Assembly: GCA_963777955.1 (NCBI GenBank)
Contig: CAVZSQ010000019.1
Span: 445,079-509,078, forward strand
Direction: 5' to 3'
From: Calditrichia bacterium
GTDB taxonomy: Bacteria > Calditrichota > Calditrichia > JAJRVZ01
Length of the DNA stretch: 64,000 nucleotides
Made by a program: the position numbers and the translations under genes. Positions 53,675 to 63,649 of the stretch are shown here, piece by piece (position 1 is the first letter of the stretch; the number at the start of each line of letters is the position of its first letter). Below the pieces are notes generated by a model that saw only the letters and a program-made list of their open reading frames with translations, was not told where the DNA came from and made no database searches.

Positions 53675-54979
53675 ATGACTGTCCGAAGATTTCACTACGC
53701 GCTGCTCATATTGCTCAATATCCTGATTTATATTCCCGCGCTTTTGCCGGCCCAGGATTCCACCAGAACTGACCAACCGCTAAAAGAGATAATCATTATC
53801 GGCAATGAACATACCGGTGAAAATGTGATCCGGCGTGAGTTGCTGGTAAAGGCGGGTGAGATTCCCACACTGGAACAACTTAACGAATCACAGCGCCGGT
53901 TACTGAACCTGTCCCTGTTCAACCGGGTCGAAATGGCCCGGGTCCCGCTGGATGAAACATACGATGTTTTGATCATCGATGTGACTGAAAGATTATTTTT
54001 TTATCCTGTACCGATTTTCAGCATCAACGAACGCGACTGGGAGAAGATCTCCTATGGCCTGGCCCTGGTGCATGCGAATTTCAGGGGACAAAATGAAAAA
54101 TTATGGGCAGGCTTCTGGCTAGGCTACCGGCCGGGATTTTCTTTAGCGTACAGCGATTCCTGGGCAGCTGATTCTCTGCACCTGGCACTCGGCTTAAGCG
54201 CTTCCCGATATATTTATAACCACCGCACCCTGGACATAGAAGAACACCATTTAAGCAATCAGTTTTCCATCGGCAAATGGTGGTCCCTCTACTTTTTAAG
54301 CGAACTGGCCCTGAAATTTGAAAACATTGCTGTCAAACAGGAAAATGCCGGTCTGCTGCACTCCGGCAAACGAACTGAAAACCAGTTCGGTATACAACTC
54401 GGTATACGGCACGATACCCGCGACTTATACTATTACCCTTCCAGCGGTTGGTTCAACCGGATCTACCTTTATCAAAACGGTCTATTCCAGGATTACGATA
54501 ATTATGAACAACTCATCGTGGATAATCGTTTCTATCTTCCGCTGGGCCCCCTGATCCTGGCCTGCCGTTATTATCAGAATTACCTGTTTGGCCAGGTTCC
54601 GGTCTACCGCTTGAACTACATCGGTTTTAATGAACGGATCCGCGGACATTTCTATACCGAGAAAGAAGGCCGGCATGTAAACACAGGCAGTGTGGAAATA
54701 CGTTTTCCCATATTGCCGATTGTGTACTACTCATTCAATATCCCCCCTATTCCGGAGCGATATCTGAAAAATCTGAAACTTGGCCTCAGCGGTTGTCTGT
54801 TTATGGACAGCGGTATTATCTGGAATAAGGCAGACCAATACGGAATAAATAATTTCGATACCGGCTTTGGGCTGGGCTTACACCTGCATCTTCCTTACGT
54901 GGAGGTATTCCGTTTTGATTATGCTTTCAATCGCAAGTTCCGCGGGCAACTGATTCTGGAAACGTGGATTGCGTTTTAA
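53675..54979 (+). CDS. BamA/TamA-like outer membrane protein with one POTRA domain
   Basis: IIGNEHTGENVIRREL...LSLFNRV..VTER; NFRGQN; DTRD..YYPSSG; IRG; C-terminal F. Confidence 0.88.
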   Translation: MTVRRFHYALLILLNILIYIPALLPAQDSTRTDQPLKEIIIIGNEHTGENVIRRELLVKAGEIPTLEQLNESQRRLLNLSLFNRVEMARVPLDETYDVLIIDVTERLFFYPVPIFSINERDWEKISYGLALVHANFRGQNEKLWAGFWLGYRPGFSLAYSDSWAADSLHLALGLSASRYIYNHRTLDIEEHHLSNQFSIGKWWSLYFLSELALKFENIAVKQENAGLLHSGKRTENQFGIQLGIRHDTRDLYYYPSSGWFNRIYLYQNGLFQDYDNYEQLIVDNRFYLPLGPLILACRYYQNYLFGQVPVYRLNYIGFNERIRGHFYTEKEGRHVNTGSVEIRFPILPIVYYSFNIPPIPERYLKNLKLGLSGCLFMDSGIIWNKADQYGINNFDTGFGLGLHLHLPYVEVFRFDYAFNRKFRGQLILETWIAF

Positions 54980-55004
54980 ATATGCCCTGTTTTGTTTGTC
55001 GAAT

Positions 55005-55077
55005 TGTCATCCCGGCGAAAGCCGGGATCTCTTTGTATCAAAATGGTAGAGGATCCCGGGTCACGCCCGGGATGACA
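55005..55077. repeat. GTCATCCCG (CGTC/RPE-like) bipartite palindrome
   Basis: TGTCATCCCGGCGAAAGCCGGGATCTC...GATCCCGGGTCACGCCCGGGATGACA; second copy at 60600. Confidence 0.85.
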
Positions 55078-55118
55078 TTTCGTAGTTCACTACTCAGGTA
55101 CTAAGGCACTTTTTAATT

Positions 55119-55152
55119 TGTGCTCTCTGTGCTCTTTGTGCTCTCTGTCTCT
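55119..55152. repeat. 9-bp tandem repeat (TGTGCTCTC)n
   Basis: tgtgctctctgtgctctttgtgctctctgtctct. Confidence 0.75.
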
Positions 55153-55164
55153 ACTTCTTTTCAA

Positions 55165-56738
55165 TTAATCATCCTCATCCACATTAGAATCCGGCTTCGG
55201 TAATTCTTTCCTGGGTATCTTTTCATCCCGCATGGCGGCGTTATAGACAAAAGAGGCCAGAATGACGGCCGAGTCCATCACATCGGCAGGAACAACCCTT
55301 TCATATACATCCATATTTGTATGGTGAGCGCGCGGCATGTAATCCAGGTCATCCTGGACGAACTGAAAACCGGGCAAACCGATTTCATTAAACGGGATAT
55401 GATCTGTACCGCCGGTGTTGCGGATGGTAATTGTAGCCGCACCCATATCATTGAACGGTTTAAACCAGGATTCAAATACAGGCCGGGCGGCATCGTTGCC
55501 CTGCAGATAGATACCGCGTATTTTTCCTACACCATTATCCAGATTAAAATAGACCGAAAAATCAGTATGTTCCGGTTTCAGAGTCATGGTTTTACGGTCG
55601 CCAAAATGTTTGGCCACGTACCCCCGCGAGCCGAGAAAGCCCTGCTCCTCACCAGCCCATAAGGCCAGGCGAATGGTCCGTTTCGGTTTGACATTAAGAG
55701 CCTTTAATATACGAACCGCTTCCATCATGATCGCACAGCAACCGCCGTCATCAGCGACACCGGTTCCGGCATGCCAGCTGTCCAGATGAGCCCCTAACAT
55801 GACTACTTCTTTTTTTAGTTTTTTATCGCTGCCGGGAATTTCGGCAATTACATTAAAGCCCACTGAGTCCTGATCATAAAAGTGTGTCTGTACTTCAGCC
55901 CGCAAATTTACTTTGATCTTTTTTTCCAGCAGACGGTAAATGCGTCCGTAATGTTCCGTAGCAACTACCAGAGCGGGCAAACCCGTTTCACCATTCAGAT
56001 CATGAGAACCGCTGTCAGTTAAACGTACCGTACCATGCTGCCTTTCGCTGCCCTGCAGAATTAAAGCGGCCCCTGCTTTTTTAGCCATTTCGTTTGCTTT
56101 CCTGGACAATCGGCGATATTGGATCCATTTATCCCGCTCACCCCACCATTCCGGTTTTTCTCCCGGTTCAGGCGCTTTGGCCAGGTCTGCCAGATCTTCC
56201 TCGGTTAATCTTTCCGCTTCCTCCTCGAATCTCATTTTAAATTCCCGCGGTTTGCCCAGCATCACTATGCGGTTGGACAATGAATCTTTATATTTTTCCA
56301 GATCTTCTTCCGTTTTTACATCCAGCAGCAGCGGGCTTCCGGAAATAACTCCATTGGTACCGGCCGTCCAGGCCTTGGCATAAGCGATCACCGGCATATA
56401 TTGTGGTTCGGTCATTTCCAGAGATACTTTATCCATGGTCCAGCCGCGCCCAAAGGTACCCCATTCTTCCAGGGTGACATTCTGCATTCCCCATTCAATT
56501 AACTGTTTTTTAGCCCACTCGGCCGCTGCCCGGAAATTCGGCGAACCGGTCAGACGAGGTCCGTTTAAATCGGCCAGATAAAAAATTGATTCCATTATTT
56601 TTGAATTATTAAAAGCCTCCTGCTTGATTTTCTGGATCATCTGCAGATCGACTTCGTCGGCTTCGACATTCTCCTGAGCCGAAGCCAGACTGAATATAAG
56701 TATAACACCCACCACCCTACAACATTACGTTTCAACAT
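55165..56738 (-). CDS. M28-family peptidase (carboxypeptidase Q-like); probable frameshift in signal peptide
   Basis: GPRLTGS, GAHLDSWHAGTG..DD, GEEQGFLGS, GGTDH, HHTNMD; GGAGG RBS before ATG 56738. Confidence 0.92.
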
Positions 56739-57050
56739 TTGTACCTCCTAAATGTTATAATCCCTGAGTATCTTAGATCTTGGAGTCCCTGGTAACCCAG
56801 TACTAGTCAATTCCCACAGATAAGGGTACCAGTGTAGCGGGAATGACATATTGTCTCTTTGTCCTTTACTCAGTACTGCGGTACCGCAATGCACTCTTGG
56901 TCTACTCAGATGCTATTTCGATCAAATCGGCGATGACGAATGCGTCGTTAATTTCTCAGGGCCTACCAGGTACTCAGGTACTTCCGGACTAGGCTTTGCC
57001 AGGCCTTCGTCCTTGTCTCTCCTGTCTACGACCTTTGTGCTCTTTAAAAA

Positions 57051-58523
57051 TCACCAATTCTTCACCCTGTCCACATTATCCTTCAACTCGTCATCATCAA
57101 ACTCCGCCGCTTTTTTAAAATCTCTACGAGCTTTCTCCGTTTCGCCGATAGCCCGGTAACTCAGAGCGCGTTTATAATGGCACCAGCCTTTGATTTTTTC
57201 ATCTTTCAGCGAGCGGTCAGCGAGCAGGCTGCTGAAAATATCAATGGCTTCGCGGTAATGAAGCTGATAAAAGCGGATATCCCCCACCTGGTAGCGGATC
57301 TGTGGCAGCCATTTTTCTTGCTGAGCCGGATCCTCTTCGATCAACTGTTTCTGCAAATCCTGAAAATATAACTCGGCTTGCTCGAACTGGCGGCAGTGCA
57401 CATAATTTTTTCCCACCAGAATATCTATTTCTATTTCCGGCATGGGATTTTTTAATCTGCGCCGGGCAGCATCATAAGCATGCTCGCTTTCCTCGTCGCT
57501 GATCTGACTGTAATAAACCCTGGCCTGCTGCGGCTGACCGAGGATTTCATAAACCTGCCCCAAACCGTAAAGCGACCAGGGGTAGGTCCAGCGCCGCGCT
57601 CCGGAAAAGAGCGTATCGGTTTCCAGAGCAGTTTTATAGGCCGTAATCGCCGTTTCAAAATCATTCATTTTAAAATACACATTACCCAGTTGATAATGCA
57701 CACTGGCCAGAGGCAATCGATCCGCAATATCTTTCTGATCTAATATTTTCTGATAGGTGTCCAGGGCAGACTGGCAATAACCCATATTGGCATAACAGCG
57801 TCCCTGGTGGATCAGCACACCCGGATTATCAGGATAGCGCAATAACAACTGATTCCAGATGTTCATAGCCTGTTTATAATCCCGTTCACGGTAAGTATAA
57901 ATCGCACCAAGGAAGAACAGGGCTTCGATCCGGCCATATACTCCCCGTTCCGCAGCCAGTTTTAGTTGTTGAATTCCCAAATCACGGTCCCCTTCCAGAC
58001 CCAGCAAGAAAGAAAGTACCTTTACAAATTTAGGCAGCACGTCAGCCAGGTAATGGTAAATACCCAGACCCAGGTAGGCATCATAGTAGGTTGAATCCAG
58101 TTCAATGACCTGCTCCAGGTATCTGACCCCTTTCTTCCCGTACCAGTACGACTTCAGGTAGCTGTAGGTCATACCGTAATAGCGTCCCAGACTGCCATAA
58201 GCACCGCCCAGGTAAAACAGGGCATTGACATCCTGTTCATTCTCCTCCAATCTTTTTTCGGCAACTTCGACAGCCTGATAGGATATTTGTTTAAAAATAT
58301 CCCCGGTCTGCTGATTTTGCATATCGGCAGAGAACATCCAGAAGTAAGCAGCGGATTTCAGGAAATAACCGCGCGGATTTTCCGGTTCCGCCCGGATCAG
58401 TTGATCGAATACGGTTATAGCTTTTTCATATTGCAGTGTAGCAGCCAGATCGATACCCTGATTGGCCAACAGGTGTAACTGGTCTTCGGCGGCAAAAGCC
58501 GGAAGATGACAGACTAATATCAT
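57051..58523 (-). CDS. Secreted TPR-repeat protein (start uncertain)
   Basis: Repeated TPR helices; DAYLGLGIYHY. Confidence 0.85.
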   Translation of the reverse strand: MILVCHLPAFAAEDQLHLLANQGIDLAATLQYEKAITVFDQLIRAEPENPRGYFLKSAAYFWMFSADMQNQQTGDIFKQISYQAVEVAEKRLEENEQDVNALFYLGGAYGSLGRYYGMTYSYLKSYWYGKKGVRYLEQVIELDSTYYDAYLGLGIYHYLADVLPKFVKVLSFLLGLEGDRDLGIQQLKLAAERGVYGRIEALFFLGAIYTYRERDYKQAMNIWNQLLLRYPDNPGVLIHQGRCYANMGYCQSALDTYQKILDQKDIADRLPLASVHYQLGNVYFKMNDFETAITAYKTALETDTLFSGARRWTYPWSLYGLGQVYEILGQPQQARVYYSQISDEESEHAYDAARRRLKNPMPEIEIDILVGKNYVHCRQFEQAELYFQDLQKQLIEEDPAQQEKWLPQIRYQVGDIRFYQLHYREAIDIFSSLLADRSLKDEKIKGWCHYKRALSYRAIGETEKARRDFKKAAEFDDDELKDNVDRVKNW

Positions 58524-58615
58524 TAAAACAATTGATGGTATGATCCAGCCTTGATAATGAAGGAGCGGAATTAATATAATTAAAGATATTATAAATTTTC
58601 ATAGTGATGCACAGT

Positions 58616-58649
58616 ATTGTAGGGACAGGTCGCGACCTGTCCCTACAAT
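58616..58649. repeat. GTAG-type REP palindrome
   Basis: ATTGTAGGGACAGGTCGCGACCTGTCCCTACAAT (perfect). Confidence 0.88.
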
Positions 58650-58862
58650 TTATTTTTAACAGGGACTTATTTTAATGTTAGTATAATCCAATCCCTGGAT
58701 ATATTTAACCAGAATATTTTTAATATATTTCCCTCATAAAAATATATGAAAAAAAATTGAAAAATTAATGTTTAATATGACAAAACTGCATTATTGTATT
58801 TTGAATATTGCACGAAGAGTTTTTATTATTTACAATCCTGATATATAACGGAGAGGTCGAAA

Positions 58863-59831
58863 ATGGAATTCAGAAATTTTGCTAAAACAGATCAAAAAAT
58901 ATCGCTGCTGGGTTACGGGGCCTGGGGTATCGGCAAATCGATGTGGATCGGCGCGGATGATGCTGAATCCAAGAAAAGTTTACACCGGGCCATCGCCGCA
59001 GGGGTGAATATGATCGACACCGCCCTGGTCTACGGCAATGGTCATAGTGAAAAACTGGTGGGAGAAGTGGAACGGGAATCGGGGGAAAAATTATTCATCG
59101 CTTCCAAACTACCGTCAAAAAAAATGGAATGGCCGGCCTACGACAAATCCACCCTGAAAGATTCATTTCCCAAAGATTATATCATTCTTAAAACCGAGCA
59201 GAGTTTAAAAAATTTAAAGCGTGAATACCTGGATCTGCAGCAATTTCATGTCTGGAACGATAAATGGGCAGCCGAGGATGACTGGAAAGAGGCTTTCCAA
59301 CAGTTAAAGAAGGATGGCAAGGTCCGTCACCTTGGTATTTCGGTCAATGATCATCAGCCTGAAAACTGCATCGAAACTGCCAGGACCGGTTTAATAGATG
59401 CCCTGCAGGTGATTTTCAATATCTTCGACCAGTCGCCTGCCGACAAACTATTCCCTTTCTGTGAGCAGAATAAGGTCAGCATTATTGTGCGGGTGCCCTT
59501 TGACGAAGGTGCACTCACCGGTGCGATTACACCCGATAGCATATTCCCCCAGGGGGACTGGCGGCATAACTATTTTCGCGGCGACAGGAAAAAAGAAGTG
59601 CAGCAGCGGGTGGAAAAAATATGGGCAGATGTAAAAAACGAAACCGCTTCGCTGCCGGAGGCAGCGCTGCGTTATATCATCAGTTTCCCTGCTGTCACCA
59701 CGGTCATTCCCGGAATGCGCCAGGAAAAAAATGTGCTGCATAACCTGGCCAGTATAAACCGCGGGCCCCTGTCGGCGCCCCTGGTGAAAAAATTAAGCGC
59801 CCACCGCTGGATAAGGAATTTTTATCAATAA
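58863..59831 (+). CDS. Aldo/keto reductase
   Basis: LGYGAWGIG, DTALVYGNGHSE, SLKNL..DL..H, VIPG. Confidence 0.95.
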   Translation: MEFRNFAKTDQKISLLGYGAWGIGKSMWIGADDAESKKSLHRAIAAGVNMIDTALVYGNGHSEKLVGEVERESGEKLFIASKLPSKKMEWPAYDKSTLKDSFPKDYIILKTEQSLKNLKREYLDLQQFHVWNDKWAAEDDWKEAFQQLKKDGKVRHLGISVNDHQPENCIETARTGLIDALQVIFNIFDQSPADKLFPFCEQNKVSIIVRVPFDEGALTGAITPDSIFPQGDWRHNYFRGDRKKEVQQRVEKIWADVKNETASLPEAALRYIISFPAVTTVIPGMRQEKNVLHNLASINRGPLSAPLVKKLSAHRWIRNFYQ

Positions 59832-59852
59832 TCAGAGTAGATAGGAGAACGT

Positions 59853-60563
59853 ATGAACATCAAAGATAAAGTTGCCATCGTAACCGGGGCCAGTAAAGGA
59901 ATCGGCAAAGCGATTGCCCTGACCCTGGCCAGGCAAGGTGTTTCGCTGGCCATTTCGGCCAGAAGTAAGGATGAATTGGACCGCACAGCCGCCGAGATAC
60001 GCCAGAGCGGCGTTAAATGTCTTGCCTTTAACGGTGATATGAGTAAGGAAGATGACATCAAGCGCTTTGTACAATCAAGTGTCAGGGAATACGGATCCGT
60101 GCAGATCTTAGTAAATAATGCCGGGATGGGACACTTTAAACCGGTTTACGAGTTAAGCATTTCAGAGTGGGATGAAATGTTTAACCTGAATGTACGCGGA
60201 TTATTTATCATGACCCGCGAATGCCTGCCGCACCTGCGCAAGAGCGGTGAATCGGTAATTGTAAATGTCGCCTCGCTGGCCGGGAAAAATGCCTTTGTGA
60301 ATGGTGCTGGCTATGCGGCTACTAAACATGCCGTGCTGGGTTTCAGCCGCTGCCTGATGCTGGAGGAGCGGAATAATGGAGTCCGGGTACTGGCGATTTG
60401 TCCGGGTTCGGTCGACACCAGTTTCTCTGCCAATGATGTCTCCGATCAAAAGCGGAAAAAAATCCTGCGCCCGGAAGATGTGGCCGACAGTATTTTGCAG
60501 ATGATTCAACTACCCCAGCGGGCCATGATCAGCGAGATCGATATAAGGCCGACAAATCCATAA
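59853..60563 (+). CDS. SDR oxidoreductase
   Basis: TGASKGIG, NNAG, YAATK, CPGSVDT. Confidence 0.95.
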   Translation: MNIKDKVAIVTGASKGIGKAIALTLARQGVSLAISARSKDELDRTAAEIRQSGVKCLAFNGDMSKEDDIKRFVQSSVREYGSVQILVNNAGMGHFKPVYELSISEWDEMFNLNVRGLFIMTRECLPHLRKSGESVIVNVASLAGKNAFVNGAGYAATKHAVLGFSRCLMLEERNNGVRVLAICPGSVDTSFSANDVSDQKRKKILRPEDVADSILQMIQLPQRAMISEIDIRPTNP

Positions 60564-60599
60564 TTGATCATAGATTTTTTACAATCAGGAATTGTAGTA

Positions 60600-60749
60600 T
60601 GTCATCCCGGCGAAAGCCGGGATCTCTTTGTACTAAAATAGCAATAGATCCCGGGGCCTGTCTGTCGCCAGGTCTTCGACAAGCCCGGGATGACAATTTT
60701 CGCGGCTGAATGACCAGATCTTGTCATCTCGAATCAAGCCCGGGATGAC
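60600..60749. repeat. GTCATCCCG bipartite palindrome with loop insertion, plus a partial copy overlapping the adjacent stop codon
   Basis: Near-identical to 55005-55077 but with TGTCTGTCGCCAGGTCTTCGACA in the second loop; TGTCATCTCGAATCAAGCCCGGGATGAC at 60722. Confidence 0.8.
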
Positions 60750-62060
60750 GTTAAATACTGCTGCAGGTATCTATAATCCGGAGTCAGTTCTCCCTTATAT
60801 ACCACCACCGCTTTCTTTAATGATGGCGGCAGATTCAAAGAGGCAAAATCCCGTCCATAATCTGCCTGTACCAGGTCGGGAATCAATTTCGATAAAATTG
60901 AACTGAAATAAGTAGAAGCCTCGGCCGGGATTTCACAGGGCAGATTATCGACAGACATAACCAGCGGTCCATGACCTTCAAAACCATCGCGGGCTTCATC
61001 CCGGTCCGGGAGGTAGATATAAACAGGATTACCCGGGGTAGTCGTTTTGAGAGTACATTCTATACCCCCTTCAACATCACAACTGATATCACCGATCACC
61101 TGTAAGGCCGGCTTTTGTTCAGCGGCATAAAGTTCGCGGATGAATTTTTTGGTAACATGTTTGGGATATTGCCTGTTCCAGAAAGGAGGTATTGATCAGA
61201 ACATTAAGCTGAGCGGCGTGTGGTTCGAAGCGGGACCGGTACTTATCGGGATGCTGATAGTAATCCTGCAAGTCAAAATTTTGTGCGGGATTTTTAGATT
61301 CAACCATATCCTCTTCCCGGAAAACCGCTTTCAGTATTTTATTCCTTTCCGGATTTGCCGATTTGCGTACGGCTGCAAGTTCAGCCGGTGTTATCTGAGC
61401 AACAGGCAAAAAATCCAACAGATGTTGAACACCCCGGGAGACATTGCCGTAGCCGGTGATACCGATAATGAACGGACTGATCGCTGCCGGGAGACCGGAT
61501 TTTTTAATATTCTCCGCTACCTCTTGAAAGGAGGCAATGGCCACATCCAGATTTGCATACTTCAATGAATGTTTTATTCCTGCGAAAGGCGAGTCAATCC
61601 CTGCCCGGGCCATTTTCTGGCCGAAAGCCCACAGCGTATCGATCACGCCGGCCAGTCCGGCATGATAACTGAAATAGATCAGTCGCTGCCCTTTTTCATC
61701 GATCATTTTTTCATAGTCGATCAGCGTATCTTTAAGTTTAATGATCTGGCGCAGCATCGGCATATTATAGGTCTGGCCCTTGATGGTGTGTGAAAAAAAC
61801 AGGTAGATCTTATCGGCCAGCAGGTCGGAGACTTTCACCTCCTTGATCCCCAGGATCATCTCGCAGGTTGATAAGTCGTCAGCGGACCCGGCATCATGCC
61901 GCAGGTATTCTTCGGTACCGTACACCCTTAAAGGGGATGGTTGCACTACAAATTTAACCGGTATTTCCTTGCTCAATTTTTTTATATCAACCGGGATCAA
62001 AGGCGTACGCCGTTCCCATTCATTTTTTGTTTCCCGGATAATGCCGATGGTTTTTATCAT
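60734..62060 (-). CDS. Lysine-ketoglutarate reductase/saccharopine dehydrogenase (AlaDH/PNT fold); frameshift near 61185
   Basis: IRETKNEWERRTPL, FFSHTIKGQ, LIDYEK, TGYGNVSRG, GDISCD, SVDNLPCEIP.EAS. Confidence 0.88.
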
Positions 62061-62090
62061 ATGCTGGACTCGGTTGAAAGGGTAATTAAA

Positions 62091-62312
62091 AGGCACTAAG
62101 GCACCTTAGGCACTTAGGCACTTAGTGAACGAATTGTTCTTTAAGTAAAACTCTTTTCTTGGACACATATTCATATTGCTTTATCGTACTTATTATATGA
62201 TCGAATTTCAATTCTAAAGTACCAAATTTTCTGGTAAATTATATTTTTAAATTTTTCAGTGCCTCAGTGCCTCAGTGCCTCAGTGCCTCAGTGCCTCAGT
62301 GCCTCAGTGCCT
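62091..62312. repeat. Inverted tandem-repeat pair: (AGGCACTn)x4 ... (CAGTGCCT)x7
   Basis: Seven perfect CAGTGCCT units at 62257-62312; complementary units at 62091-62125. Confidence 0.92.
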
Positions 62313-62315
62313 TTG

Positions 62316-63545
62316 TTAATCCTTCTTAAATTTCTTTAATAAATCTTTAACCGCCTCTTTATGCACCATATAACTCAGCATTTTCAGTTTTACATAATCT
62401 TCGTGATAAAAACGGTACCCTTTATTTTTGCCATTCTGGGCGCCGGAGCCGGAATCCTTGATCAGGTACCAGTCGGCATTTTCTTTTTGCATATAACCGA
62501 CCAGGTGCAGACCGTGATCGTCTTCGGTGGTTTTATTGCTGAAGCGGAACTGTCTCGAATTTTCATCGATGAAGGCCGCCGGGATATCGAATGAAGGGAT
62601 CATGGCTGCCTGGGTGCGGGAATCATAGCCCGCCTCCGATACATCGCCGCCGATGGCTATGGTATAATTTTGACGTACTGCCTGTTTGATACTGTTCATG
62701 AATTCGTCCAGCGGTACATTATAATAATCCCGGCTATGCCACCAGTTATCGGGTACCTCATACTCAACCTGCTGGTAATACGGTTGTTTCTTGAGCGACA
62801 TGATATCCACATAATCGTCCATATTTATTTTTAAATAATCCCGTACAAATTCTAAAGGGTTTATATCTTTTCCATCCATGTTCAGTACCAGCGGCGGTTC
62901 ACCCATATAATAGTTCATGATTGACTTCATATTTGCCAGGATCTCATCCTCTTCCCAGAAATCGATTTTAACCATGGCATCGAGATAATTTTTCATTTCT
63001 GCATACATGGCAGTATGATCATGCAGTTGCTGGCCGGGTTTCATACCGGGATAGTCTTCCAGGGGCACAGCCCCGTACATTTTCCAGACGCGTGACACCG
63101 CATTAGATTCCGAGCCCTCGGCAAAATAGGAATTGCCGTGAGTTCTGACAAAGCGCTGTGCTTTCAGTACATATTCCCAGTACACCGTGTACATCTCAGA
63201 CATTTTTATTTTGCGTCCGGTCAGCCGGTAGATTTCCGCTTCAAAAAATGAAGTGGTAGAAAAACTCCAGCAGGTATTGGTATTGGCCTGCAATACCGGC
63301 GGATTATGCCATTGATATTTGAATTCGTCCAGGGATTTGGGCAGGTCCAGACCGCTGAAGTCCAGCACAAATTCAGATTTTTTAACCGTATCTTCGGCCG
63401 CGAATCTGGCAGTTTCCTTTTCGATATAGTTCCAGAATTCATTTTTTGCTTCCCGGAAAATTCCGTTGTCCTTGCGGACTTTCTGGGCGGAAGCGGTGGT
63501 AAATAAAATAAAAATCAGAACAAATACTCCCATTATTTTTCTCAT
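62316..63545 (-). CDS. Secreted C1B-like cysteine aminopeptidase
   Basis: Q..TNTCWSFS, EDDHGLHLVG, YLIKDSG. Confidence 0.88.
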   Translation of the reverse strand: MRKIMGVFVLIFILFTTASAQKVRKDNGIFREAKNEFWNYIEKETARFAAEDTVKKSEFVLDFSGLDLPKSLDEFKYQWHNPPVLQANTNTCWSFSTTSFFEAEIYRLTGRKIKMSEMYTVYWEYVLKAQRFVRTHGNSYFAEGSESNAVSRVWKMYGAVPLEDYPGMKPGQQLHDHTAMYAEMKNYLDAMVKIDFWEEDEILANMKSIMNYYMGEPPLVLNMDGKDINPLEFVRDYLKINMDDYVDIMSLKKQPYYQQVEYEVPDNWWHSRDYYNVPLDEFMNSIKQAVRQNYTIAIGGDVSEAGYDSRTQAAMIPSFDIPAAFIDENSRQFRFSNKTTEDDHGLHLVGYMQKENADWYLIKDSGSGAQNGKNKGYRFYHEDYVKLKMLSYMVHKEAVKDLLKKFKKD

Positions 63546-63649
63546 TTTTCACCCCGTGTCTTTATATTTTTTAAATAAATTTAGTTATTTATGGGGTATA
63601 TTTCGCTACATTTTTTATTTGTAAAGTCCCAGAGGGCCATAGATACTTA

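Noticed and set aside
4113..62060. Split genes (glnA, maeB, ptb, GH127, kinases, regulators, LKR and others) as pseudogenes or programmed frameshifts
   Set aside because: Scattered single indels hit core genes whose motifs are intact, with no common slippery motif; consistent with long-read consensus error
240..63506. Numerous antisense or overlapping ORFs in the track (e.g. 13217-13738, 36196-36687, 45297-45824, 51635-52108)
   Set aside because: Shadow frames of well-supported genes
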